DNA of 64,000 nucleotides from Ignavibacteriota bacterium (GCA_963701295.1 OY969585.1:1248001-1312000), one strand, 5' to 3'; numbered from the stretch's first letter, positions 49,645 to 60,515 are shown. Translations and numbers: made by a program. Notes: generated from the sequence alone by a model not told the origin.

Positions 49645-51834
49645 TCAATATAATGATGCCTGTGCCATGCTGCGCGGCATGCAGGTAAGTGTGATAGATG
49701 AGCCAAGCCGCGTTCGTTCACCCGCGTTTGGGAATTGTTGTGTCACAACACCGGATCCCTGTACTTTTACTTCAAATTCATCTGAAACAAGCCGATTCAT
49801 TGCGCGACGAATGCTCATTCCCCGTACATCCGGCACTAAAATCATTCCATCAGACGAAGCAACGGATTCTCCATTGAGGATGAGAGAGATCGTCTCGTCT
49901 TTTTCGACTTTTTTCCCCGGTTCAGGAGTTTGCCTAATGACTAAATTGCCCTTTCCAAATATCTGACAATTGAGTCCGTAGTTTGTGAGCAGTTTTTTTG
50001 CTAACGACGATTGCAGCATACGTACGTCGGGAACAACAATACCGTCGTGGGTAGCAGGATCCTTTGCAATTGCAGTTCGAGAAAATTTATACGATGTCAT
50101 AATCACGCGTTCTGCAATGGCACGAAACACCGGTCCAGTGGTGCTCCCACCGTAGTACCCTTGTGAGCGCGGATTGTCCATCATCACTAAACAAACGACT
50201 TGCGGATCTTCTACTGGATAAAAGCCTACGAATGATGCCGTATAGTTATTCTCCACGTATTTTCCGCCAAAATACTTGCGCGATGTTCCGGTTTTACCAG
50301 CGATACGCACATCATTGATTTGCACTTCTTTTCCTGTTCCGCGTTCAACAACTCCTTCAAATGCAGGTAAAAGTTGATCAAGTGTTTTCTGTGATACAAC
50401 GCGTCTGATTGCTTGCGGCTTTTGCTCAGCGATCGTTGCGCCGTTACCGTCTTCAATGTGAGCAACGACAAAGGGTTTCATGAGCATACCTTTGTTGGCG
50501 ATAGCCGCATACGTACAGACAATTTGAAGGGGTGTTGCACCGATTTCATATCCATACGACATAGTTTGAGTCGTAGTGCTTGACCAGTCTTGATCGATCG
50601 GTTTCTTCAGCACACCGCGGACTTCACCGGGAAGATCAATTCCTGTAATCATCCCAAATCCAAAGTCTCGTGCTTTGCGAAATAATTTTTCCCCGCCAAG
50701 TAATTTTCCCACTTTTGCAAGCACGATATTGGAGGATACCTCGATCGCTTCCTGAAACGTAAGATAGTCAAACTCGTGGGAATCGTTGATGAAACGAAAC
50801 TTATTACCGCCAAGCGACACTTTCATCTTTCCATGTTCAGCATTGAAACGGCTTCCTGGTGTAACGAGATTGTTCTCAAATGCAGCAGCTGCTGTAACCA
50901 CTTTAAACACAGAACCCGGTTCAAACACATCGCTGACGATACGGTTGCGTGCATCAGCTATGTTGAGCGAATTAACATCGTTTGGATTGATGCACGGATA
51001 GACGGACATTGCAAGAACTTCGCCTGTCTTTGGATTTACCATCACCGCACACCCACCATCAGCTTTGTTCACTTCAACACCGTGCTTCAATTCTTCGTCC
51101 ACAATCGCTTGATATTTGACGTCGATGGTAAGAAAAATGTCTTTCCCGTTTATTGGTTCGCGACGAGGATAATCTGCGGAAGGACGTACACGTCCCAATC
51201 CGTCTCGTTGCATGACAACAGAACCGTTGAAACCCTTCAATTCGTTATCATATTGAAGTTCGATACCTGAGATTCCTTTGTTGTCGATATTGGTAAACCC
51301 AAGCAGCGCTCCGGCAAGTTCATCGTAATGATATAACCGTTTCGGTTCGTTGATGACCACGATGCCTTCGAGTTTTGCCGCTTCGATTCGGTGAGCGATT
51401 TCAGGGGTCACTCTGCGTTCAAGCCAGACAAATCGTCGCATGTTTTGGTCTTCATTTGTCTCGCGAATTTTTTCAAGATAGAATGAAGAGGGCTTTCCAA
51501 AAACGCGCGCAAATATTTCTGCCACATGGTCTTGATGGTCACCAATAATCTTTGGGTCAGCAGCAAATGAAAGTAATATCGTGTTCGAAACAACGACATT
51601 ACCGTTCCGATCGAAGATGTTTCCGCGCGTTGCCGGCAAGATGAATGATCGTTCATACTGCTTTCGTGCTAAGTCTTTGTACGTACCGGCATCGATAATC
51701 TGGATCTTCACTAACCGGGAAAAAATAACAGTGAAGAAAATGGCAAAGATGAGTTTTAGTACCAAAAAACGGGAACGGGAGAGAGAATTGGTCTCTTTTC
51801 CCTGAACAGCTCGTTCTCTGTCCCGATAGGTCAT
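49645..51834 (-). CDS. ftsI: Septal peptidoglycan transpeptidase PBP3 with two PASTA domains
   Basis: RGNIFDRNG, SVFK, SSN, KTG; two VPDVR PASTA repeats. Confidence 0.95.
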   Translation of the reverse strand: MTYRDRERAVQGKETNSLSRSRFLVLKLIFAIFFTVIFSRLVKIQIIDAGTYKDLARKQYERSFILPATRGNIFDRNGNVVVSNTILLSFAADPKIIGDHQDHVAEIFARVFGKPSSFYLEKIRETNEDQNMRRFVWLERRVTPEIAHRIEAAKLEGIVVINEPKRLYHYDELAGALLGFTNIDNKGISGIELQYDNELKGFNGSVVMQRDGLGRVRPSADYPRREPINGKDIFLTIDVKYQAIVDEELKHGVEVNKADGGCAVMVNPKTGEVLAMSVYPCINPNDVNSLNIADARNRIVSDVFEPGSVFKVVTAAAAFENNLVTPGSRFNAEHGKMKVSLGGNKFRFINDSHEFDYLTFQEAIEVSSNIVLAKVGKLLGGEKLFRKARDFGFGMITGIDLPGEVRGVLKKPIDQDWSSTTTQTMSYGYEIGATPLQIVCTYAAIANKGMLMKPFVVAHIEDGNGATIAEQKPQAIRRVVSQKTLDQLLPAFEGVVERGTGKEVQINDVRIAGKTGTSRKYFGGKYVENNYTASFVGFYPVEDPQVVCLVMMDNPRSQGYYGGSTTGPVFRAIAERVIMTSYKFSRTAIAKDPATHDGIVVPDVRMLQSSLAKKLLTNYGLNCQIFGKGNLVIRQTPEPGKKVEKDETISLILNGESVASSDGMILVPDVRGMSIRRAMNRLVSDEFEVKVQGSGVVTQQFPNAGERTRLGSSITLTCMPRSMAQASLY

Positions 51835-52358
51835 CGCCTGTGTTCCATCTGTTGTTGCAGCATCTCTTCCACTTGGTTCACGCGTTCAGGATTGATCTCG
51901 ATCCACACCGGAAGTTGTTTCGAATTCTGCAATCCTAACTGATCGCGGGCAACCTGTTGGATTCGTTCTAGACTAGACAACCGGTTGATCTGCACCTTCA
52001 GCAGTTCCTGTCCATTAAGGATTTGCTGGTGCTTCATTTGAAGCTGATTGTTCTGTGCCAAGAGCCGGTCAACCGCTAAGATATTACCAATATAGAGAAC
52101 ACTTGCTATTGCACCGCCAAGAAGAATTAAGATAATGGTAAACGGAGATACCTTCCGCTGACTCTGCCTTTTGTTAAAGGCCAACGGAGTGTGATCAGAA
52201 GTTGTTGTCTCTCTACTCGGTGTAGTGTCTGTTCCATTGTACACCATATCCCGCGCTTCACGAATTTTTGGAATGGAAATCGTAGAAAACGATGGTTCGG
52301 ATTCTGCCATTGCACGAGCAGTATACACTTCATCAAGTTTTTGTGTTTCAGATTGCAC
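51831..52358 (-). CDS. ftsL: FtsL-like cell division protein
   Basis: Single TM, coiled coil, LSSLERIQQVARDQLGL; between rsmH and ftsI. Confidence 0.75.
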   Translation of the reverse strand: MQSETQKLDEVYTARAMAESEPSFSTISIPKIREARDMVYNGTDTTPSRETTTSDHTPLAFNKRQSQRKVSPFTIILILLGGAIASVLYIGNILAVDRLLAQNNQLQMKHQQILNGQELLKVQINRLSSLERIQQVARDQLGLQNSKQLPVWIEINPERVNQVEEMLQQQMEHRR

Positions 52359-52372
52359 GATTATTTTTCTTC

Positions 52373-53305
52373 CTATACTTTTTCGGCGGCACGGAGTTTT
52401 GCACTCCGTGAACGAGGATTTGCCGCAATTTCCTCTTCCGATGCTGTCACAGGCTTTCGCGTCAACACATTCAGAACAGGCTGCACAGGTGTATCTGGGA
52501 CAATTTTATTACCAGAAGAAATCGAGTGCGCCGATGCTGTGCGAAATGCCTCTTTTATCAAGCGATCCTCCAGTGAGTGGTAGGAGAGAACGACGATTCT
52601 CCCACCGGGGTTCAAGACATCAACGCAATCGCGAATTGCATGCCGGAGATTTTCCATCTCATTGTTCACTTCAATCCGCACCGCCTGAAAAACTCTCGCC
52701 AGAGTTTTATTTAGGAACTGACCGCTAACGGTTCGCTCTATTATAGCGGCAAGCTGGCCAGTGGATTCAATTGGATGTTGGATACGATAGTGTACCATCG
52801 CTCTTGCAATCCGTCGTGCGTGTTTCTCTTCGCCATAGTTCCAAAGAATATCCGCAAGCGATTGTTCGTCGTAGTGGTTGACAACATACTTGGCATCGAC
52901 TTGTTGATGATGATCCATCCGCATATCGAGCTGCGCATCGGTTCGAAAACTGAATCCTTTATTGGTCTCATCAATTTGAAACGATGAAACGCCGAGATCG
53001 AGCAGCACACCTTGAACCGTATTCACTCCTTGTTGAGAAAGAACAAACTTAATATTTCTGAAATTTTCTTTTACAATAATTGCGCGATCACAAAATTGTG
53101 CCAGGCGTTCACTTGATGCTGCCAATGCATCGTCATCAAGATCAATTCCAATCACTTTCCCCAAGTGGTCGAGTTGTTCAAGTACTGCTTTCGCGTGCCC
53201 CCCGCCGCCAAGTGTTCCATCAACATATAACGCATTTTTCGCAGTGAGAAGATATGTAAGAACCTCCTGTATAAGAACGGGAGTATGATATGTGTATGTC
53301 TCCAC
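52373..53305 (-). CDS. rsmH: 16S rRNA m4C1402 methyltransferase
   Basis: HTPVL, DGTLGGGGH, DLGVSS, FQAVRIEVN, HSLEDR, NPRSRSAKLR. Confidence 0.98.
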   Translation of the reverse strand: METYTYHTPVLIQEVLTYLLTAKNALYVDGTLGGGGHAKAVLEQLDHLGKVIGIDLDDDALAASSERLAQFCDRAIIVKENFRNIKFVLSQQGVNTVQGVLLDLGVSSFQIDETNKGFSFRTDAQLDMRMDHHQQVDAKYVVNHYDEQSLADILWNYGEEKHARRIARAMVHYRIQHPIESTGQLAAIIERTVSGQFLNKTLARVFQAVRIEVNNEMENLRHAIRDCVDVLNPGGRIVVLSYHSLEDRLIKEAFRTASAHSISSGNKIVPDTPVQPVLNVLTRKPVTASEEEIAANPRSRSAKLRAAEKV

Positions 53306-53319
53306 TCCGTGTCACGACG

Positions 53320-53769
53320 CTAGTGCTGGGGTTTAAAAACTTGTTCTGCAACGGTTTCATAAGTATCCGGATGATTTTTCTGATACTCTTCATACACAGA
53401 AGGATTCCAGATCTCAATCCGATCCAGCACACCGAGAATCAATACTTCATTATCAATATTCGCAAACTTCATTAACTCCGGGGGAAGTGTAATTCGAGAT
53501 TGTTGGTCGATCTTTGAATCATTTGCGCGTTCAAATAACGTTCGCGCATAGAAACGATGCTGTGCATCGAGGAATGAAAGACCCCGGACGAATTGTTCCA
53601 GCTTATTCCATTCATCCTGTGGATACACATAGAGGCAGCGCTCGAATCCGCGTGTAACGACAAAATTTCCTTTTACGCTCGTTGCAAGATTTATTCGCAG
53701 CTTTGCAGGAAGAGCCACACGCCCTTTCTCATCAACCGAATAAGAATATCTGCCTTTAAATGACGACAC
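53320..53769 (-). CDS. mraZ: Transcriptional regulator MraZ
   Basis: VDEKGRVALP, IDQQSRITLP, RIEIW; GTG 53769 fits the AGAGG spacing (alternative 53775). Confidence 0.95.
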   Translation of the reverse strand: MSSFKGRYSYSVDEKGRVALPAKLRINLATSVKGNFVVTRGFERCLYVYPQDEWNKLEQFVRGLSFLDAQHRFYARTLFERANDSKIDQQSRITLPPELMKFANIDNEVLILGVLDRIEIWNPSVYEEYQKNHPDTYETVAEQVFKPQH

Positions 53770-53812
53770 AAACACCCTCTTAAGTTTTGTTTAAAATCAT
53801 CGGGAATCTTCT

Positions 53813-53876
53813 TCCCGAATTCCCCACTTTTCCCCACACTGAAGATGAAATTTACGGAAATACACCAGAAAGTCAA
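53813..53876 (-). promoter_or_regulatory. dcw promoter with MraZ-binding GTGGG repeats
   Basis: Minus strand GTGGGGAAAA-GTGGGGAA-TTCGGGA (about 10-nt period) downstream of TTGACT-16-TAAATT. Confidence 0.7.
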
Positions 53877-54174
53877 GCGAAAATTAGGATATTTTATATT
53901 AAAAGAAGGAACGCTTGAAAAATTTTCCATGTGGGGCATTATCGGACTTCGGCTTGTATTTCAAGAATCTTTACCTCAGATGAATAATCCTCCTCTGCAA
54001 AACCGGAGGTTATTGTCTGTGAAAAAAAATCATGAACTGTTTTGTTGTGGTCGTTTGTTCAGTCCGTTCATTAAGTTGGGCATGCAGTATGAAATAAAGC
54101 ACAAAAGGGGATTTGAATTTATCCGATCAATTCAATAGCTTGGCATTGTCGCAGAGAAAACGGAACATAAAGCA

Positions 54175-55311
54175 ATGTCACAAAACAGAAGAGAGTTTCT
54201 TAAATCCACCGCACTTCTAAGCGGTGCCGCAATGATGATCAACGATCCGTATCAATCTATTGCCGGAAATATTCCAGCTCATTTTAAGATCGGTACGATG
54301 AAACTGACATATCGTCCGTACACATTGGAACTGAAACACGTATTCACCATTGCAACGAATTCTCGAATGACAACTCCTGTTGTGCTCACAGAGATTGAAT
54401 TGAATGGAGTGATCGGATATGGTGAAGCTTCTATGCCGCCGTATCTTGGTGAGTCACATGAAACTGTACAGGTGTTTCTCTCCAAAATTGATTTGAGCAA
54501 GTACGAAAATCCATTTGATCTTGAAACCATTCTGAATAACGTCGATACACTTAAACCGGGTAATACAGCCGCAAAGGCATCTGTGGATATTGCGCTTCAC
54601 GATCTTATCGGCAAGTTGATGGGACAGCCATGGTTCAATATTTGGGGATATGATAAAAACAAAACACCGAACACGTCCTTCACTATTGGTATAGACACGC
54701 CGGAGGTTGTAAGGCAGAAAACGAAGGAAGCAGAAGAGTTTAAAGTGTTGAAAGTGAAACTTGGTCGCGATACTGATAAGGAGATGATCGAAACGATTCG
54801 TTCGGTCACCGATAAACCATTAACCGGTGACGTGAATCAAGGATGGAAGGACAAAGAGAAAGCATTGGAAATGCTTCACTGGTTGAACGAGCGAAACATG
54901 GTGATGATCGAACAGCCGTTGCCGAAAGAACAGATAGACGATTTGGCATGGTTAACAGAGCGTTCACCGCTTCCGATTATCGGTGATGAAGGAGTGCAGC
55001 GTCTTACCGATATAAAAAAAGCTGTCGGTGTCTATCATGGTATTAATATTAAATTAATGAAATGCACAGGAATGCGCGAGGCGCAGAAGATGCTTACACT
55101 TGCCCGCTCGCTGGGAATGAAAGTCATGGTTGGCTGCATGACGGAAACATCGTGTGCGATATCCGCAGCATCCCATCTCTCACCGATGGTTGATTGGGCA
55201 GATCTTGATGGTGCGTTGCTCATCAAGAACGATGTCTTTGACGGCACGAAAATCATCGATGGAAAAGTGACACTCATGGACCAGCCGGGAATTGGCGTTG
55301 TGAAAGTGTAA
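54175..55311 (+). CDS. Dipeptide (L-Ala-D/L-Glu) epimerase, enolase superfamily, with Tat-like signal
   Basis: NRREFLK twin-arginine motif; KVKLG, DVNQG, EQP, DE, NIKLMK, DLDG. Confidence 0.9.
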   Translation: MSQNRREFLKSTALLSGAAMMINDPYQSIAGNIPAHFKIGTMKLTYRPYTLELKHVFTIATNSRMTTPVVLTEIELNGVIGYGEASMPPYLGESHETVQVFLSKIDLSKYENPFDLETILNNVDTLKPGNTAAKASVDIALHDLIGKLMGQPWFNIWGYDKNKTPNTSFTIGIDTPEVVRQKTKEAEEFKVLKVKLGRDTDKEMIETIRSVTDKPLTGDVNQGWKDKEKALEMLHWLNERNMVMIEQPLPKEQIDDLAWLTERSPLPIIGDEGVQRLTDIKKAVGVYHGINIKLMKCTGMREAQKMLTLARSLGMKVMVGCMTETSCAISAASHLSPMVDWADLDGALLIKNDVFDGTKIIDGKVTLMDQPGIGVVKV

Positions 55312-55357
55312 TCTCATTGATGATGTACAGTCAAAATAATTGTATACTAGGAAGGTA

Positions 55358-55960
55358 TTAGAGGATACCTAAATTTTGTAAATCTGTTTCCAACTGCCCA
55401 GTACTTTCAAACCGTATTGCCTGCATTCCTGCACTTTTTGCTGCTTTCACATTCTCAGCAATATCATCAATGAACAGCATTTTGGAAGGAAGTATTCCCT
55501 GGTCTTTGATGATGGCATCATAGAAACCGCGTGCTGGTTTCATTACTCGTAATTGGTACGAGAGATAATGCTTCTGAAGAATTTTAAGTACTTCGAATTT
55601 TGTTAAACTGAGCCTGTAATGAATTTCATTGGTGTTACTGACCAACGCCGTTTGATGCGTTCGTGAAACCTGCTGTACGATATCTTCCATTCCTTCCACA
55701 GGTTTTTGAATAATACATGCGAATGCTTGCTCGATTCGTTGTGGAGTAAATTGTTGATTAAAGACAGTGCGAAGCCCGTTGAGGTATAAATCCGTAGAAA
55801 TCTGTCCGGTTTCGTATTGCTGTGTTAATGATGTGTATCCTTCTGTATAAGGAATCATTTCTTCAGCGCGGAGAAATCCAAGGTCGCGCCAGAATGCATT
55901 GAAATCGATATATGCAATGACATTTCCAAGATCAAACAATACAGTGCTGATTTGTTTCAT
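55358..55960 (-). CDS. HAD-family phosphatase (YihX-like)
   Basis: FDLGNV, SNTN, MKP, FIDD motifs. Confidence 0.88.
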   Translation of the reverse strand: MKQISTVLFDLGNVIAYIDFNAFWRDLGFLRAEEMIPYTEGYTSLTQQYETGQISTDLYLNGLRTVFNQQFTPQRIEQAFACIIQKPVEGMEDIVQQVSRTHQTALVSNTNEIHYRLSLTKFEVLKILQKHYLSYQLRVMKPARGFYDAIIKDQGILPSKMLFIDDIAENVKAAKSAGMQAIRFESTGQLETDLQNLGIL

Positions 55961-56120
55961 TCACCAATCTCCATTCTTCTCATTTTCCTGTAAGATCGCA
56001 AGAAGTCTTGAAAGATAAAAATATAAAGAATCAACGGGAACCTAGCTCATTGTTTTTTTTGTTATTTATTTTGACAGCAAATTGTCACAAATTCAACATT
56101 AATGGAAAGAGGATTTTTAT

Positions 56121-56684
56121 ATGATAAAAATCAACACACCAGCTCCCGATTTCACTGAAGATGCGTATTTGAACAACCAAATCAAGAAAATTTCTCTGAA
56201 AGAATATCGAGGCAAATGGGTGGTTCTGTTCTTCTATCCGGCAGACTTCACATTTGTATGTCCGACGGAACTTGGAGAATTAGCAGATCATTATGCCGAG
56301 ATCAAAGCAGAAGGTGCGGAAGTTATTTCGGTCAGCGTTGATACCGGATTTGTGCACAAAGCATGGCATGACGCTTCCGAAACGATTAAGAAAATCAAAT
56401 ATCCTATGTTGGCAGATCCAGCACGCCGGGTATGCACAGAATATGGCACACTCATTGAGGAGGAAGGATTGTCGCTTCGCGGAACATTTCTGATCGATCC
56501 TCAGGGTATCTTGAAGGCCTACGAAATCAACAATAACAGCATTGGCCGCAGTGTTGATGAAATTATTCGCAAACTTCAAGCGGCAAAATTTGTTGCCGAA
56601 CATGGTGGTGAAGTATGTCCGATGAACTGGAAGCCGGGAGCAAAAACGCTGAAGCCAGGTTTGGATTTAGTGGGAAAGATATGA
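56121..56684 (+). CDS. ahpC: 2-Cys peroxiredoxin
   Basis: FFYPADFTFVCPTE, GEVCP, LDLVGKI. Confidence 0.96.
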   Translation: MIKINTPAPDFTEDAYLNNQIKKISLKEYRGKWVVLFFYPADFTFVCPTELGELADHYAEIKAEGAEVISVSVDTGFVHKAWHDASETIKKIKYPMLADPARRVCTEYGTLIEEEGLSLRGTFLIDPQGILKAYEINNNSIGRSVDEIIRKLQAAKFVAEHGGEVCPMNWKPGAKTLKPGLDLVGKI

Positions 56685-56806
56685 GGAATGGGAAGAATCT
56701 CGATGGAAGCTTTTTTGGGATTTTAGGAAATAAAGAAGGCGTTTGAGTTCTATTTTATCAAGAGTCTTGTACTCATGCGAAATCAATCTTTAGCTGAAGA
56801 GAGTGG

Positions 56807-58024
56807 TTAATACTCTTTCCGGTTCGCATAGAAATTCATCAGCAATCCGATCATCATCATATTGGCAACGAGTGCAGAACCACCATAGCTGATAAAAGGA
56901 AGTGGAATACCAACCGCCGGCAACAATCCCATCGACATACCGGTATTTATAATGATGTGGGCGCCGAAAATTCCCATAATACCAATCGCTGCCAGACTAC
57001 CAAATCTATTTTTTGAAATACTTGCAACTCGAAGTGCATGCAACAAAAGCGCTGCATACAATCCTAACATGATCGATGCCCCTAAAAATCCAAACTCTTC
57101 TCCGGTTACGCAAAAAATAAAATCTGTCCATTGTTCGGGAATATAATTCAATTGTGTCTGCGGTCCTTTGAGAAATCCTTTACCGAAGAATCCGCCTGAG
57201 CCGATTGCAATTTTTGATTGAACAACATTGTAGCCCGAACCCAAAGGGTCGGCTTCAGGATTCAAGAACACAGAAATTCTTTTTTGTTGATACACGTGCA
57301 TGCGTTCGTACACAACCTGCACGGAAAGTCCGATTGCTAATGTAATGCCAAATGCCACTGCTACCGTAAATCTATTCTCACGAAAGATGTACAGCAGTAT
57401 TGTACCGATAGCAATTGCAATGAGAAATTGTGTTGTACCTAAGAGGGCACCAAATGCTGCCAGAATAGGAACAAGAATAGCAATAAGGATAAAGTTTGAT
57501 GCGCCTGCCCAATAGAGTAATGGCAGTAAAGCTGCAAAAAAGACAATGGCGGTTCCGAGGTCAGGCTGCGCAAGGATGAGAAACATCGGTGCAGCGAATA
57601 TACAGAGGGAGATAGAAAGATGTTTAACCTGCGAGATGGAGACATCGGTTCTCGAAAGGTAAGAGGCGAATGCTATCACAGTTGCAATCTTAGCAAACTC
57701 AGACGGTTGTCCACCGAGTCCACCGATTCCAGACCATCTCTTTGAACCTTTGACGGTACTTCCAATAACTAAGACGATCACAAGGATAGCAAGTACAATA
57801 AAATAAAATGAAATCGAAAGCCGCTGCAAAGTTCGGAGGGGAATAAAGGATGTAACTATCATGATGATAAAACCAATACCTGCCCAGAGAACTTGACGGT
57901 GGAAGTTCGCTGCGTTGTTGATAACGAATGTCGCACTGAAAATGGATACTAACCCAATGACCACCAACACAACGCAGATAAGAAACGCGCGGAAGTCGAA
58001 ATATTCTTTGAAGTACGAGAACAT
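56807..58024 (-). CDS. rodA: Rod shape-determining protein RodA
   Basis: QPSEFAK, GYNVVQSKIAIGSGG, PEQWTDFIF, PFISYGGS; follows mrdA. Confidence 0.95.
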   Translation of the reverse strand: MFSYFKEYFDFRAFLICVVLVVIGLVSIFSATFVINNAANFHRQVLWAGIGFIIMIVTSFIPLRTLQRLSISFYFIVLAILVIVLVIGSTVKGSKRWSGIGGLGGQPSEFAKIATVIAFASYLSRTDVSISQVKHLSISLCIFAAPMFLILAQPDLGTAIVFFAALLPLLYWAGASNFILIAILVPILAAFGALLGTTQFLIAIAIGTILLYIFRENRFTVAVAFGITLAIGLSVQVVYERMHVYQQKRISVFLNPEADPLGSGYNVVQSKIAIGSGGFFGKGFLKGPQTQLNYIPEQWTDFIFCVTGEEFGFLGASIMLGLYAALLLHALRVASISKNRFGSLAAIGIMGIFGAHIIINTGMSMGLLPAVGIPLPFISYGGSALVANMMMIGLLMNFYANRKEY

Positions 58025-58025
58025 A

Positions 58026-59867
58026 TTAATGTTTTCCTCTTTCAGTTGTGTGCATTATTGTGTCATGCGGTGTTGTTGCAGAAACGGGCGTGCTTACTTT
58101 CCGGCGTAATTCACCGAAAAGATATTTCTCCATGACCATGCCGGCAATAGGAGCTGCTTTCGTCCCTCCGAATCCGGCATTCTCCAGCATTACGGCGATC
58201 GCAATTCTTGGATGATCAAAAGGAGCAAAACCGACGTACCATGCATGATCTGCTCCGTGCGGATTTTGTGCGGTTCCTGTTTTCCCGGCTGAGACGACAC
58301 CGGAGATACGTGCCAAGCCGCCAGTGCCTCCTGGTTCTTCAACAACCCGCCGCATACCTTCTCGGATCATTCTCATCACATCGCTATTAAGCCACACCGG
58401 AATTTCACTATGATCTATAATGTCGACCCTGTTTGTACGTTTATTGCGGATCGAATTGACTGCGTGTGGCTGAAGGAGTGTACCGTTGTTTGCTAAGGCT
58501 GCGACATACTGCGCCATCTGCAACGGCGAGACACCGATCTCACCTTGACCGATGCCGAGACTGACAAGATTTCCCTGAGTCCATTTTTCCTTTCCGTATA
58601 CTCGATCGTAGTACTCTGTGGATGGAATAAGCCCTGATGTTTCATCACCAATATCAATTCCGGTTGGCTTACCGAATCCAAACCGCTCAGCATATTCATA
58701 AAGCTTATCTAATCCAATTTTCAATATGAGTTGATAGAAAAAAACATCGCACGATTGTTGAATAGCTTCCACTACATTAACGGATCCATGTACGTGAGTA
58801 TCCTTGAACACCTTTTTCCCGAACCGGAATGAACCTCCGCATATAATGCGATAATGTTCGTCAATGATGCCTTCTTCCAGCGCAGCGGCTGCAATAAGCA
58901 TCTTGAAGGTAGAACCGGGCGGGTAGCGTGTCATCGTGGCACGATTGAAAAGAGGCTTGTCGGGATCGGTATTTAGTTTTGTCCAGACTTCAGACGAAGT
59001 GACACCGCTGAACACTGACGGATCGAAATCCGGCTTGCTCACTATCGCAAGCACACCACCGTCGTTTGGATCGATGGCAACCAACGCACCACGATAATTT
59101 GTCATGAGCGATTCTGCGAATGCTTGAAGTCCGAAATCAATGCTGAGCATAAGATCGAATCCTTCTTTCGAAGCGACATCACGTCGTCCTTCTTCCAGCG
59201 GTCCGAGAAGTTGTCCTTTGGAATTGACAGAGATGAACTCGTATCCCTTTTCGCCGCGAAGGAATGTTTCGTAACTTGCCTCTAATCCGGATGAACCGAC
59301 AAGGTCACCTTGTCGATATACAGTACTGGATCTTGCAAGTTGAGCGTCAGTAATTTCTTTGCAATAGCCGAGTAAATGCGGCGCACGTATGTTGAATGGA
59401 TACAATCGCTTGGATTCCACTTCATAGCTGACTCCAGGAAGTAAGTAGAGATTTTCTTCCACGTGGGAGAGAGTTTTGAAATCAACATCACGGAGAACAC
59501 GCACGGGAGAAAACCGTGAATATGCACGTCCGCGATTGATGCGTCCTTGAATAAGCGCAGGATCTAACTGCAATAGCGAACTCAAGAAACCGAGATTGTT
59601 TGTATCGAAAATTGCAGGTGTCACAGTAATCGAGTACGCTGGTCCCACATCCACGACAAGACGACCGGTACGATCAAACATATATCCTCGCACCGGTTCT
59701 TTGACAACCACGCGCACACTGTTTTCCTCGGATTTTTTTCCAAACTCAGTATACGACAATAATTGAAGCTGGTAGAGCCGAAGAAAAAGGACAACAAATG
59801 CTAGTATAATGATGATCTCTAAGACGCGTCTCCGCGAAGATACGTCAATTTCGCCTACAGTGATCAT
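58026..59867 (-). CDS. mrdA: Penicillin-binding protein 2
   Basis: YPPGSTFK, SCD, KTGTAQN; ATGA overlap with mreD (alternative start 59876). Confidence 0.95.
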   Translation of the reverse strand: MITVGEIDVSSRRRVLEIIIILAFVVLFLRLYQLQLLSYTEFGKKSEENSVRVVVKEPVRGYMFDRTGRLVVDVGPAYSITVTPAIFDTNNLGFLSSLLQLDPALIQGRINRGRAYSRFSPVRVLRDVDFKTLSHVEENLYLLPGVSYEVESKRLYPFNIRAPHLLGYCKEITDAQLARSSTVYRQGDLVGSSGLEASYETFLRGEKGYEFISVNSKGQLLGPLEEGRRDVASKEGFDLMLSIDFGLQAFAESLMTNYRGALVAIDPNDGGVLAIVSKPDFDPSVFSGVTSSEVWTKLNTDPDKPLFNRATMTRYPPGSTFKMLIAAAALEEGIIDEHYRIICGGSFRFGKKVFKDTHVHGSVNVVEAIQQSCDVFFYQLILKIGLDKLYEYAERFGFGKPTGIDIGDETSGLIPSTEYYDRVYGKEKWTQGNLVSLGIGQGEIGVSPLQMAQYVAALANNGTLLQPHAVNSIRNKRTNRVDIIDHSEIPVWLNSDVMRMIREGMRRVVEEPGGTGGLARISGVVSAGKTGTAQNPHGADHAWYVGFAPFDHPRIAIAVMLENAGFGGTKAAPIAGMVMEKYLFGELRRKVSTPVSATTPHDTIMHTTERGKH

Positions 59868-60361
59868 TGTGCCCACGAGACATTAAATTTGCGGGAGAAG
59901 AAAAACATCGGCAAAATGCCGATGATGCATGTGTATAGTGTCATTCCCAATGTAGACTCCAGCGTAGAGATGATAATTGAATTTTCGTTTCCTTGAAAGA
60001 AAATGGCAAAGTACACGAAATTATGAACTATGGAGCACATCCCGATGAGCAACAGATATCGGTATGATCCAAGTGTCTGCTCAGTTGTATTTTCATTGAA
60101 GAAATAGCCTGCCACGAATCCGGCAACAGTCTTCGAGAGCGCAGCAAGACCGAAAAACTTTATAGCAATTATATCTTGAAGCAAACCGACGATAAACCCC
60201 GAGATGGTTGCTTCGATTTGTCCGCGGCGTAAAGCGATATATACCAGATACAAAATAAATAAATCGGGGAGATATCCACTGAGTGAGATGAACGGGATGA
60301 AGGTGGTTTGGAGTAGTACCAAACCGATGACTATAAAAGCAGAACGTATGTAAGTTTGCAT
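59864..60361 (-). CDS. mreD: Rod shape-determining protein MreD
   Basis: PDLFIL, GFIVGLLQD, multi-TM; start MQTYIR after GGAG; upstream of mrdA. Confidence 0.88.
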   Translation of the reverse strand: MQTYIRSAFIVIGLVLLQTTFIPFISLSGYLPDLFILYLVYIALRRGQIEATISGFIVGLLQDIIAIKFFGLAALSKTVAGFVAGYFFNENTTEQTLGSYRYLLLIGMCSIVHNFVYFAIFFQGNENSIIISTLESTLGMTLYTCIIGILPMFFFSRKFNVSWAQ

Positions 60362-60458
60362 TTCTCTCCGTAGATTAGTTTCAGAAAAATAGTACCGAGA
60401 AATGGAGAGAGAAGCAAGAACGAGTATAGAAAAGAAACTGAAAAATTCTATGGATAGG

Positions 60459-60497
60459 AAAAACACAAAGAGCCAGTCGAGGAAACCTGGCTCTTTG
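60459..60497 (-). terminator. Intrinsic terminator after the periplasmic protein gene
   Basis: Perfect 11-bp stem CAAAGAGCCAG/CTGGCTCTTTG followed by TGTTTTT on the minus strand. Confidence 0.8.
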
Positions 60498-60515
60498 CGA
60501 TGCAACGGTTGTCTA

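Noticed and set aside
53845-54138. 97-aa ORF between mraZ and the epimerase
   Set aside because: Overlaps the divergent promoter region and has no recognisable motif
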